20,000 bases of DNA from positions 52,646 through 72,645 of the IMG/VR virus record IMGVR_UViG_3300015615_000207. The stretch is one strand, 5' to 3'. This document shows, in pieces, positions 1 to 7,243 of this stretch. Numbering within the stretch: position 1 is the first letter of the stretch; every line of letters starts with the position of its first letter. The position numbers and the translations under genes are program-made. The notes beneath the pieces are model-generated. The model was not told the DNA's origin. It saw nothing but the letters and a program-made list of their open reading frames with translations, and did no database searches. Source of the stretch: an uncultured virus (IMG/VR IMGVR_UViG_3300015615_000207) (Duplodnaviria > Heunggongvirae > Uroviricota > Caudoviricetes).

Positions 1-2
1 AT

Positions 3-314
3 CAATGGCTTCGCGCTTTCACTGAATCGCAAGAGCAGTATTACCGGAAGAATTTGACGCCGGTTATGCAGCGCATTTTGAAGGGGCAAACTGACGCGAC
101 GGCATGGGTCGAGAACAATGCCGAGCTTTATGGTCGCAGGATGAAACTGCGACTGAGATCAATCCTTGTTCAAAGCAAGGACTGGGATGAGTTTATTCGA
201 AAAGTCGAGATGCACTACCGCGATTACGACGGCGCGATCGAGATGCAAGGCGCAATCGATTGCATTCGTGATGCCTACACAGATCGATTTGAAGAAAAAA
301 GGAGAGCTAGCTAA
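3..314 (+). CDS. 5'-truncated ORF, probably the C-terminal end of the portal protein (or a head morphogenesis protein)
   Basis: The frame is open from position 3 (QWLRAFTESQEQYYRKNLTPVMQ...), so the TTG at 54 is probably internal. The stop overlaps the protease start (TAATG). Product is inferred only from position upstream of an HK97-type protease. Confidence 0.5.
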   Translation, partial: QWLRAFTESQEQYYRKNLTPVMQRILKGQTDATAWVENNAELYGRRMKLRLRSILVQSKDWDEFIRKVEMHYRDYDGAIEMQGAIDCIRDAYTDRFEEKRRAS

Positions 315-1075
315 TGAGAGAGAGAAGATACAGCTCGACAAAGAGTGATGAGCTAATTGACTACGTTGCCCGTGATTTGACCATCGGGCTTGTAGAAAAA
401 GAAGCTCGCGGCGCAAGCCAGAAACATCCGGTTATGTACGGACATGCGGCAAGGTTTAACACATGGTCGCAAAACCTGGGTGGTTTTATTGAAACAATCG
501 TACCGGGATTTTTTCGCAAAGCGATTTCACCGGAACAACTCGAAGCATTTTCTTTGTTCAACCATAACGACGATCGAGTTCTCGGCGCAACCGAGAACAA
601 CGAACTTACCGTGAAAGAAGACGAAGTCGGGTTGTATCACGAAAATGTCTTAATCGGCGACACTACTGATTCAAACAACATGATCGCGCACCTCCGCGCG
701 AAACGCATTTATAAAATGTCGTTTGGATTCAGTACGCATCCTGATGGTGACGAGTGGCAAGTTGACGGCACGACAAACAAAAGAATTTTGCTTCCGGATG
801 GTTGCTCAAAACTTTGGGACACTTCTCCTGTCACGTTCCCCGCATACAGAGCCACTGACGTCGGTATAAGATCTCTATCTAGAGATGATAAAGATGTAGA
901 TCGGATCATGGTGGCACTTGTTCGTTGTGAGAAAAATTTGCCTGCGACGAAGGAAGATATGGAAAATTTGAAAGATTTTCGCAGCCGCGTCGACACTTAT
1001 CTGGCGCACACTTCGGGCGTTTCGAAAGAAGCTGTTTTGGACATCAAACGCAGAATGTTGCTTTTGATGGCTTGA
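314..1075 (+). CDS. HK97-family prohead maturation protease
   Basis: Motifs G-HAARFN, FIETIVPGFF, LFNHND (catalytic His), MSFGF (catalytic Ser) and SPVTFPAY. SD-like GGAG at 301-304. Lies directly upstream of the capsid gene. Confidence 0.93.
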   Translation: MRERRYSSTKSDELIDYVARDLTIGLVEKEARGASQKHPVMYGHAARFNTWSQNLGGFIETIVPGFFRKAISPEQLEAFSLFNHNDDRVLGATENNELTVKEDEVGLYHENVLIGDTTDSNNMIAHLRAKRIYKMSFGFSTHPDGDEWQVDGTTNKRILLPDGCSKLWDTSPVTFPAYRATDVGIRSLSRDDKDVDRIMVALVRCEKNLPATKEDMENLKDFRSRVDTYLAHTSGVSKEAVLDIKRRMLLLMA

Positions 1076-1101
1076 CAGATTTTCGAGCGCGTTGATAGAG
1101 T
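1072..1101 (+). promoter_or_regulatory. Putative sigma70-type promoter
   Basis: Perfect -35 TTGACA (1072-1077), 18-nt spacer, extended -10 TG-A-TAGAGT (TAGAGT at 1096-1101). Predicted +1 near A1108, immediately before a hairpin. Confidence 0.6.
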
Positions 1102-1107
1102 GAGTTC

Positions 1108-1315
1108 ATGCCACCTCACCGTGGCAACTACAATTTAGTTCACGGCGCGCCAGTGTCCATCGGGATCTTTAGATCGACCAACACGAGCGCAACGCAAACA
1201 GCCCGATAGATCTTTTGATTATCGCAAAGTTGCAAGCCTTTCACTAAGGCACTAGCACTTTGCGATTTTCTTTTGCGAGAAGTCACTGCTGGTGCCCATC
1301 CGGGAGATGCACAGC
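1108..1315 (+). ncRNA. Structured RNA leader or candidate small RNA upstream of the major capsid gene
   Basis: Stems read by eye: TGCCAC 1109-1114/GTGGCA 1121-1126; ATCGGG 1159-1164/CCCGAT 1202-1207; ATCGCAAAGT 1221-1230/ACTTTGCGAT 1257-1266 with inner GCCTT/AAGGC; long-range CAGTG 1151-1155/CACTG 1284-1288; CATC/GATG enclosing the capsid SD. Confidence 0.5.
1221..1274 (+). terminator. Intrinsic terminator-like hairpin or attenuator
   Basis: 10-bp perfect stem plus an inner 5-bp stem, followed by TTTCTTTT (1267-1274). Confidence 0.5.
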
Positions 1316-2803
1316 ATGAAACTTGCCGATTTAATTGCGGCGCTCGCTAAAAAGCAAAATGAAGCGAGAGCCATTCTCGAAAAAGAAACTTTTACCGAAG
1401 CCGACCTGACAGCAGCAAGAGCACTCGAAAAAGAGTGCAACGATCTGAAATCTCGGATCGAGATGCTGCAACGGTCGCAAGAAGAAATCGCCGCCCAGGC
1501 TGGTGGTGTGACCGCCGCGCAAGCTCAGGCGCAAGCCGCAGCCGCAGCCCCTGCACCAGCTCCTGCACCGGCAGCAGCAGAACCTGCACCAGCAGCACCC
1601 GCAGCAGCACCAAACCCGGCAGCCGTACAAGCTGCACAAAATTCCTTGCGCGCCGCCATCGCAGAAGCTCCGCAGCCAGCAGGCTTGTTGCCCATGGAAC
1701 AGCGCGGCGGTGGAAACGGACAACAGTACATCGACACGCGATCGTACGATCGCTCGAAACTTTACGATGACATCGCGCAACAGTTGAACGATGTTCGCAT
1801 CGTTTGCGACCCGACAAAGTCCTGGGACGAGAAATCGAAATCTCACAACCGCTTGAACTCTCTTCGCGAGCAACGCATCGCCGCTGGTAATACAGTGACT
1901 GACGATGAAGGTGCGTGGGCAGTGCAAACTGACATCGCGAAAGAAATCCAACGCTTGATGTTTGCAAAATCGCCGCTGGCATCTGCTTGCAGAAAGTTGC
2001 CTCTCAATCCAGGTTCTGACTCGATCGAGATCCCATATCTTCGCGACAAGAACAGAACCCAAAGCGCTGTCGAAGCGTACTGGGCTGGTGAAGGTCAAAC
2101 TGTCGCTAAGTCTGGTACTGCGAAAGTCGACAAGCTTCGCTTGAAACTCAAGAAGTTGATGGCTATCTGGGAAGCAACAGACGAACTGTTGAGGAACGGC
2201 GGCATTGTCGCCAATCTCACGCTCGATCTGATCGCTGACAGAATGGCGTTCCAGCTTGAAGAAGCGATCCTGCGCGGCAACGGCACCACTCAGCCGAAAG
2301 GCATCATGAACAGTTTGGCACTAATCACTGTTCTGAAACTGGCAAGCCAAGGCGCCGGTAGTTTCGTCTTCGAAAACTTGGTGGCGATGAATGCAAGAAC
2401 ATACGGCAACTGCCAGATTTTTCACAACAAATCTGTCGAAGCTGTACTGCCGTTCTTAAAACTCGACGTCGGTATCGGTGGCAGCGCCGTATATCTGCCT
2501 AGCAGTGGTGCGATGAGCGGTCCGCTTTCCGGACAGCTGTACGGCATGAACATGACACGCAGCGAGCACATGCAAGCCCTGGGTACGCTCGGCGACTTGG
2601 CGATGTTCGACATGTCGCAATACGCGCTTCTCACACAAGGCGGCACACGTTTCGATACGTCCTTGCACGTTCGCTTCATGTATGACGAGCAGGTTTTCAG
2701 ATTCATCGAGTACATCGATGGCGCCCCGTTGTGGGAAGACAAACTGACGCCTTACAAAGGCTCAGAAACGTTGTCGCCTTTCGTTGTTCTCGAAACTCGA
2801 TAG
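1316..2803 (+). CDS. Major capsid protein, HK97 family, with N-terminal scaffold (delta) domain
   Basis: N-terminal coiled coil, then A-W-GEG (AYWAGEGQ), KKL-A----TDELL, AIL-GNGT-QPKGI, GD-A-FD-SQY and the terminal SPFVVLETR. Start moved from GTG 1292 to ATG 1316 because GGAG (1303-1306) is 9 nt upstream. Confidence 0.95.
   Translation: MKLADLIAALAKKQNEARAILEKETFTEADLTAARALEKECNDLKSRIEMLQRSQEEIAAQAGGVTAAQAQAQAAAAAPAPAPAPAAAEPAPAAPAAAPNPAAVQAAQNSLRAAIAEAPQPAGLLPMEQRGGGNGQQYIDTRSYDRSKLYDDIAQQLNDVRIVCDPTKSWDEKSKSHNRLNSLREQRIAAGNTVTDDEGAWAVQTDIAKEIQRLMFAKSPLASACRKLPLNPGSDSIEIPYLRDKNRTQSAVEAYWAGEGQTVAKSGTAKVDKLRLKLKKLMAIWEATDELLRNGGIVANLTLDLIADRMAFQLEEAILRGNGTTQPKGIMNSLALITVLKLASQGAGSFVFENLVAMNARTYGNCQIFHNKSVEAVLPFLKLDVGIGGSAVYLPSSGAMSGPLSGQLYGMNMTRSEHMQALGTLGDLAMFDMSQYALLTQGGTRFDTSLHVRFMYDEQVFRFIEYIDGAPLWEDKLTPYKGSETLSPFVVLETR
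1520..1690 (+). repeat. Ala/Pro-rich low-complexity linker within the capsid N-terminal region
   Basis: Encodes AQAQAQAAAAAPAPAPAPAAAEPAPAAPAAAPNPAA, with recurrent GCACC/GCAGC units. Confidence 0.8.
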
Positions 2804-2815
2804 GAGATCGACATC

Positions 2816-3304
2816 ATGCACGAACCAAAAATTCTGACCCAATTCTTCGGGCTCGCAATGGCTCTTCAGCCTTCGGCAGACCGCTACGACGGCAACCCGG
2901 CCACCGACGTATTCAACATGCGCAACTATGGCGCTATCTGCTTCCTTCTTCAAGAAGGCGCAGGCGGCTTAGGAACAGCGACACTCACAGTCGAAGCATG
3001 CGACAACGCAGCAGGCGCTAACCCCCTTGCGATTCCGTTCAAATACAACGTCTCGTCAAATGCTGGTGCCTTGACAGATATCTTCGGCGCGTTGCTCGAT
3101 GCCACCGCCGCTGGTTATCTGACAATCGCTGGCGCTAACAAGATGGTGGCAGTGCACGTCAGCGCTCGCGATCTTCCTGATGCGAAGCCATTTGTGCGGA
3201 TGCAGATCACGGAAGGCGTAAACCAAGCTGTTGCTGCGGGCGTTACTGCAATCCTCATGCAGCCGCGCGTAAGAACAGTACCTATGCCGACAGCGATCGT
3301 CTAA
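2816..3304 (+). CDS. Virion structural protein, putative capsid decoration/cement protein
   Basis: AGGAG SD, beta-rich Ala/Gly composition, immediately downstream of the capsid gene. Function inferred from position. Confidence 0.6.
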   Translation: MHEPKILTQFFGLAMALQPSADRYDGNPATDVFNMRNYGAICFLLQEGAGGLGTATLTVEACDNAAGANPLAIPFKYNVSSNAGALTDIFGALLDATAAGYLTIAGANKMVAVHVSARDLPDAKPFVRMQITEGVNQAVAAGVTAILMQPRVRTVPMPTAIV

Positions 3305-3316
3305 AGGTGGTGAAAC

Positions 3317-3787
3317 ATGGCTAGTAATATTAGCGCAAGGTGGAACGCCAGTGGCGATGCGGAATTTGTCGATATAGCGACTGGTGAAGTCATCTTCACT
3401 CTTCAGCGAAACGGCCCATTCTTCAAAACCGTCGACGACAAGCAAACCGGTCCTGGTTCTATCGTTACTCAGCGCATCAGTGTTGGTGACGTGGCGACAA
3501 GCGACATCGATGTAGTGCTTCAAAAGAAAACACGCGTTATCGATGTTCTTGTAGTTAAGACAGGTGCCAACGGTGGCGGCGCGAACTCTGTTCAAATCAA
3601 AAACGGCGCGAATGCGATCTCAAACGCAATCAGCACCAACATCAACGACACCACAATTGCACGCGCAACATCGATTGATGACGCACAGCACGAGATAGCT
3701 GCTGGCGGAACCCTTCGCTGTGCAGTAGTCAAAGCAGCCGGTAACTCGGCTTGCGAAGTCTACGTGCTCGGCATTTTGGTGGACTAG
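3317..3787 (+). CDS. Virion structural protein, putative head decoration/head fibre
   Basis: AAGGTGG SD, beta-rich 156-aa ORF between capsid and connector genes. Confidence 0.5.
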   Translation: MASNISARWNASGDAEFVDIATGEVIFTLQRNGPFFKTVDDKQTGPGSIVTQRISVGDVATSDIDVVLQKKTRVIDVLVVKTGANGGGANSVQIKNGANAISNAISTNINDTTIARATSIDDAQHEIAAGGTLRCAVVKAAGNSACEVYVLGILVD

Positions 3788-3810
3788 TTTTTCCTCAGAG
3801 CAGCAGCACC

Positions 3811-3889
3811 AACGACCAGATGGAAGCGGGCGCCCGAGTCCGAAACAGACGACACGCACGGCCAAGACGGCGCCCGTCCATCTCTCGTT
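3811..3889 (+). other. Long interrupted intergenic stem-loop
   Basis: AACGA 3811-3815/TCGTT 3885-3889; AGATGGA 3818-3824/TCCATCT 3877-3883; CGGGCGCC 3827-3834/GGCGCCCG 3869-3876; 34-nt apical region. Confidence 0.75.
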
Positions 3890-3903
3890 TTGAAGGATTT
3901 CAG

Positions 3904-4479
3904 ATGATCGGTAAACCATTCATCGTAACCCCGCCCACTGGCGAAGTGGTATCACTAGCCGAGATCAAAGATCACATGCGTGTAACAACAACGCTTGATG
4001 ATGACTTGATCGGAATATTGTTGTCGACCGCTACTGAATCTGTCGAGCGAGTCCTGAATAGAAGCTTGCTCACTCAAACGAGAGAACTTTACTTCGATAA
4101 ATTCCCTCGCGAGATAGTGCTTTTTGCGCCACCGGTTCAATTGGTAACGCACATCAAGTACTACGACCGCGACAACATACTTCAAACCATTCCACTCGAT
4201 ACCTGTGATGTGGATCTGATATCGCGAAAACCTCGAATCAAACCTCTTCCGAATTACTTCTGGCCGACAACCAAAGAACGTTACAACGCGGTCGTGGTGC
4301 GATATGTCGCAGGCTGGGCGACTGCGGGAGAAGTCCGACAAGAAATTAGGCAAGCGATAAGGCTCACGGTCGCGACCTGGTACGAAAATCGCGAATCGAT
4401 GATTGTCGGCAATCGCGGCTACGAGCTACCGAAACATGTCGGACTTCAGGCAATGCTCGCTCACCAAAAGGTGCATTGA
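3904..4479 (+). CDS. Head-tail connector/adaptor (HK97 gp6 / phiE125 gp8-like)
   Basis: VSLAEIKDHMRV...DDDLI, LLTQT, WP-T--R-NAV-V-YVAG, AI-L-VA-WYENRE. Start set to ATG 3904 (AAGGA SD) instead of 3751. Confidence 0.9.
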   Translation: MIGKPFIVTPPTGEVVSLAEIKDHMRVTTTLDDDLIGILLSTATESVERVLNRSLLTQTRELYFDKFPREIVLFAPPVQLVTHIKYYDRDNILQTIPLDTCDVDLISRKPRIKPLPNYFWPTTKERYNAVVVRYVAGWATAGEVRQEIRQAIRLTVATWYENRESMIVGNRGYELPKHVGLQAMLAHQKVH

Positions 4480-4793
4480 TGAGAGCTGGCGAACTCGACA
4501 AAAGAATTGCCCTGTTGAGAAAAGCCACCGCTCGTGATGGCAAGGGTTCTCAGATTGGTGACTTCGTTTCTTTCGAAGGCGACCTGCCAGCAGCAGTGAA
4601 AACGATGCAAGGGCGTGACGACGAAAACGGTGGACAGATATCCAATGACCATCAGGTGCTGATTAAGATCCGCTTTCGCACCGACCTAAACGAGAGAGAC
4701 CGCATCCTCTACAACGAAAAACAATACGACATCCAATCGATTCAAGAAATCGGACGCAGAGAAGGTCTGCGGATTGTCGCGAGGTCCAGATAA
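4479..4793 (+). CDS. Head closure/stopper protein (SPP1 gp16 / lambda FII-like)
   Basis: MRAGELDKRI..., I-IRFR-D-----RI-Y----YDI-SI. TGATG coupling to the upstream gene. Confidence 0.88.
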   Translation: MRAGELDKRIALLRKATARDGKGSQIGDFVSFEGDLPAAVKTMQGRDDENGGQISNDHQVLIKIRFRTDLNERDRILYNEKQYDIQSIQEIGRREGLRIVARSR

Positions 4794-5213
4794 ATGCTAA
4801 CCGTACAAATCAAAAACGGTGATGAAATCACAAGAGCGCTCGCCAGTTTCCCGCGCACGATCTCGGTGCGAGTTGTCCGTGTCGCAACACGCAAAGGTGC
4901 AATGCGTCTTGTCGAGGCATTTAAGCGCAAAGCGCCGGTGTGGACCGGAACAATGCGCGACACAGCAAAAGCAGTTTTGAACGATGACACCGCTTCTGGT
5001 GGCAGAACTGTCAGTTACTACATCGGCACGGCAGCATTCTACATTCACATGCTGGAGTTCGGAACCGTGCACATCAGACCGCGCGAAGACCTGAAAGAAG
5101 CCTTCGAAGAGAGCGCACAAAGAGCCGTTGAAATCACACTGCATGAACTGGGCGTCGCTATAAACAAGGCGCTTGCAGGCGGATTCGGAAAAATCGGAAG
5201 GGGTGGAAGATGA
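4794..5213 (+). CDS. HK97 gp10-like tail completion/neck protein
   Basis: APV-TG-MR and FY-HMLEFGT motifs, RP---EAFE, and synteny. Confidence 0.85.
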   Translation: MLTVQIKNGDEITRALASFPRTISVRVVRVATRKGAMRLVEAFKRKAPVWTGTMRDTAKAVLNDDTASGGRTVSYYIGTAAFYIHMLEFGTVHIRPREDLKEAFEESAQRAVEITLHELGVAINKALAGGFGKIGRGGR

Positions 5214-5620
5214 CGCTCACTGCCGAAGATTTTCTATTCACACGCCTAAGTAACTTCAGCGCGATCGCAGTACTTGTCGGAGATCGAATTTATCCCGCTG
5301 TGCCTGAAGACGTTCAATATCCTTTTGTTTCCTACTTTTTGACTCGTGACTATGTTGAACAGCATCACGGCTCTGTCGCTTCTCCTTCTGGTAGAAGCGG
5401 CACCGAGCATCCGATTTTCACCGTGAGCGTTCATGCAGTAAACACGACCCAACGTGCCGAAATTGCTGCTGCCATTAAGGATGCCCTGGTTAGCTTTTCT
5501 GGTGTCGTCGGCGGTATCACCGTGCAAGGGGTTCGCTACCTGGGCGGTGCCGATCGTTTCGACGAGATCAAAAAAATCTGTGAGAGATACATGGATTTCG
5601 AAATCTGGTTCAACTTATAG
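5210..5620 (+). CDS. Tail terminator (DUF3168/gp17-like)
   Basis: L---VGDRIYPAVPE---YPFVSY, A--I-AAIKDAL, terminal DFEIW. ATGA overlap with the upstream gene. Confidence 0.82.
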   Translation: MTLTAEDFLFTRLSNFSAIAVLVGDRIYPAVPEDVQYPFVSYFLTRDYVEQHHGSVASPSGRSGTEHPIFTVSVHAVNTTQRAEIAAAIKDALVSFSGVVGGITVQGVRYLGGADRFDEIKKICERYMDFEIWFNL

Positions 5621-5632
5621 GAGAGAGTGTAA

Positions 5633-6004
5633 ATGGCAACACAATTAACGCCGTTCATTCCGTGTAGACCTAACGCAGGTACGCCAGGCGCCAATGCGGC
5701 TGATGTTACCTTCGCAGCTGGCGACCCTACCGGTAATACCTTTGTTTCAAATGGTCGCGATTACATCTGGGTGCGAAATTCGCACGCCAGCAACCCGTAC
5801 AACTTCTCAGTAACTGCTGTTCCGGATCTTTTCGGACGCACAGTAAACATCACGAATTACGCACTGCAAGCTAGTGACATTGCTTGTCTGGGGCCATTCA
5901 CGCGCGAAGGCTGGGCAGCGCTGTCGGGTGTCGATGCAGGAAAGATCACATGCACGCCTGAAAACGCCGCGCTACTGATCGCAATTCAGCGCACTGATAC
6001 CTAA
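5633..6004 (+). CDS. Hypothetical structural protein (putative tail accessory)
   Basis: AGGAG SD, beta-rich 123-aa ORF between the tail terminator and tail tube genes. Confidence 0.55.
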   Translation: MATQLTPFIPCRPNAGTPGANAADVTFAAGDPTGNTFVSNGRDYIWVRNSHASNPYNFSVTAVPDLFGRTVNITNYALQASDIACLGPFTREGWAALSGVDAGKITCTPENAALLIAIQRTDT

Positions 6005-6019
6005 AGGAGGTAATCATAG

Positions 6020-6451
6020 ATGTCGAACGTAGCCCACGCCAAAGGCGCATTACTTCAAAGATCAGTAACTGGCGCAGCTGGAACATACACCAGCATCGCC
6101 GAGCTTACCGATCACAATATTGACTTCAATATCGATGATATTGACGTCACAAATCACCAGTCTGTCAGCAGATATCGCGAGCGCATCGCCTCGTTGATCT
6201 CCGTCGGTATCCAGTGCGAAGCAAACCTTTTGCCTGCTGATACAACGCAGAACAACAGCGGTGGTGGCTTGCTTGCTGACGCACTCACTGGTGCAACCCG
6301 TCACTACAGAATGATTTCTGCTGGTGGCACCACGATGTTTACAGGCATGCCATGCATCGTCACGAACGTTTCCGAAGGCTTCCCCGTTGAAGGCAAAGAA
6401 ACGTACTCGTTCACGTTGATCAACAACGGCGCGCCAGTATCTGTCAACTAG
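6020..6451 (+). CDS. Major tail (tube) protein
   Basis: Strong AGGAGGT SD; IAELT, DDIDVT, RE-IASL, VT---E-FPVEG--T-SFTL---G-P pattern; lies directly before the tail assembly chaperone. Confidence 0.85.
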   Translation: MSNVAHAKGALLQRSVTGAAGTYTSIAELTDHNIDFNIDDIDVTNHQSVSRYRERIASLISVGIQCEANLLPADTTQNNSGGGLLADALTGATRHYRMISAGGTTMFTGMPCIVTNVSEGFPVEGKETYSFTLINNGAPVSVN

Positions 6452-6482
6452 TTTGAGAACTAAAAAGTCGAGGTAGTTCAGT

Positions 6483-6872
6483 ATGTCTAAAAAATTCAGT
6501 CCACTTGCAGAACTCATCAAGAGAGCCCAGCCGAAAATCGAAGAAGTCGAGGTCGAAGGAATTGGACCCGTAAGGCTTCGACTTCTCGACGGCAATGGCA
6601 TGACCACGCTTTCACAACTGGCTAAAGAAGAAACTGTTGGCGCAACGCAAACGGCAAAGCTACTTTCAATGTCACTCGTAAATGAAGAGGGCGTCGCAGA
6701 GCTAAACAACGAAGAAGGCGTAAAGGCGATTCTGTCGATGGATGGTGAAATCATCAAAAAACTTCAAGACGAAGTTATGCGGATCAATAAGCTGCGCGCT
6801 GAAGATCAGGAGGAAGTAGCAAAAAACTCCGAAACGACCCAGACCGAAGATTCTACTTCCGTCTCGCCCTAG
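6483..6872 (+). CDS. Tail assembly chaperone (gpG-like)
   Basis: EVEVEGIG-V-LR-L, SLVNEEG; ends ...EEVAKNS containing a slippery heptamer; between tube and TMP genes. Confidence 0.88.
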   Translation: MSKKFSPLAELIKRAQPKIEEVEVEGIGPVRLRLLDGNGMTTLSQLAKEETVGATQTAKLLSMSLVNEEGVAELNNEEGVKAILSMDGEIIKKLQDEVMRINKLRAEDQEEVAKNSETTQTEDSTSVSP

Positions 6873-6882
6873 CTCTGGGTCG
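6821..6882 (+). promoter_or_regulatory. Programmed -1 ribosomal frameshift signal (G/GT)
   Basis: In-frame A AAA AAC at 6821-6827, 7-nt spacer, then a 9-bp stem CGACCCAGA 6835-6843/TCTGGGTCG 6874-6882. Confidence 0.88.
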
Positions 6883-7243
6883 AACTGTTCAAGAATTGTT
6901 CTACAGCTGCGACGCAGTCGAGTTGCAAGAGTGGCGCCACTACTATCACGAAGAGCCTTTTGGCGATCGGATGTTGATGCGTCAGATTGCAATCACCGCC
7001 CAGGCTGTCGCAAATTTCTCAGGTCGTGTCAAACGCCCGATGCGTTACGACAACTTCCTGATCGAAAGCCCGAGCGAATTTACGTTGAGGCAGCGACGTC
7101 AGGCGAAGCTTGACGCTCAAGAACAAAAGGCGCAGCGAACAGCTGCGATCATCAGGCGCATTTTCAAAGGGCAGTACTCAGAGCCCGAAGAAGACGAAAC
7201 GGAACTCAGCGAAGAAGAGTTGCTAAATGGCACCGAATATTAG
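6827..7243 (+). CDS. gpT segment of the G-T frameshift fusion (full product 6483..7243)
   Basis: The -1 frame after the slip site reads LRNDPDRRFYFRLALALGRTVQELFYSCDAVELQEWRHYYHEEPFG, a typical gpT pattern. It is continuous with ORF 6896..7243. Confidence 0.85.
   Translation, partial: LRNDPDRRFYFRLALALGRTVQELFYSCDAVELQEWRHYYHEEPFGDRMLMRQIAITAQAVANFSGRVKRPMRYDNFLIESPSEFTLRQRRQAKLDAQEQKAQRTAAIIRRIFKGQYSEPEEDETELSEEELLNGTEY

Noticed and set aside
1172..1200. Weak similarity (GAC..ACACG..CAA) between the loops of the two intergenic structures
   Set aside because: Too short and A/C-biased to distinguish from chance by eye.
1292..1315. GTG 1292 as the capsid start
   Set aside because: No SD upstream of it; GGAG is correctly spaced for ATG 1316.
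3835..3856. GAGTCCGAAACAGACGACAC resembles hammerhead stem II
   Set aside because: The essential CUGANGA core and the GAAA after stem II are absent.
3751..3903. 51-aa Arg-rich N-terminal extension of the head-tail connector
   Set aside because: It overlaps the previous gene and runs through the hairpin. ATG 3904 has an SD and matches the family start.
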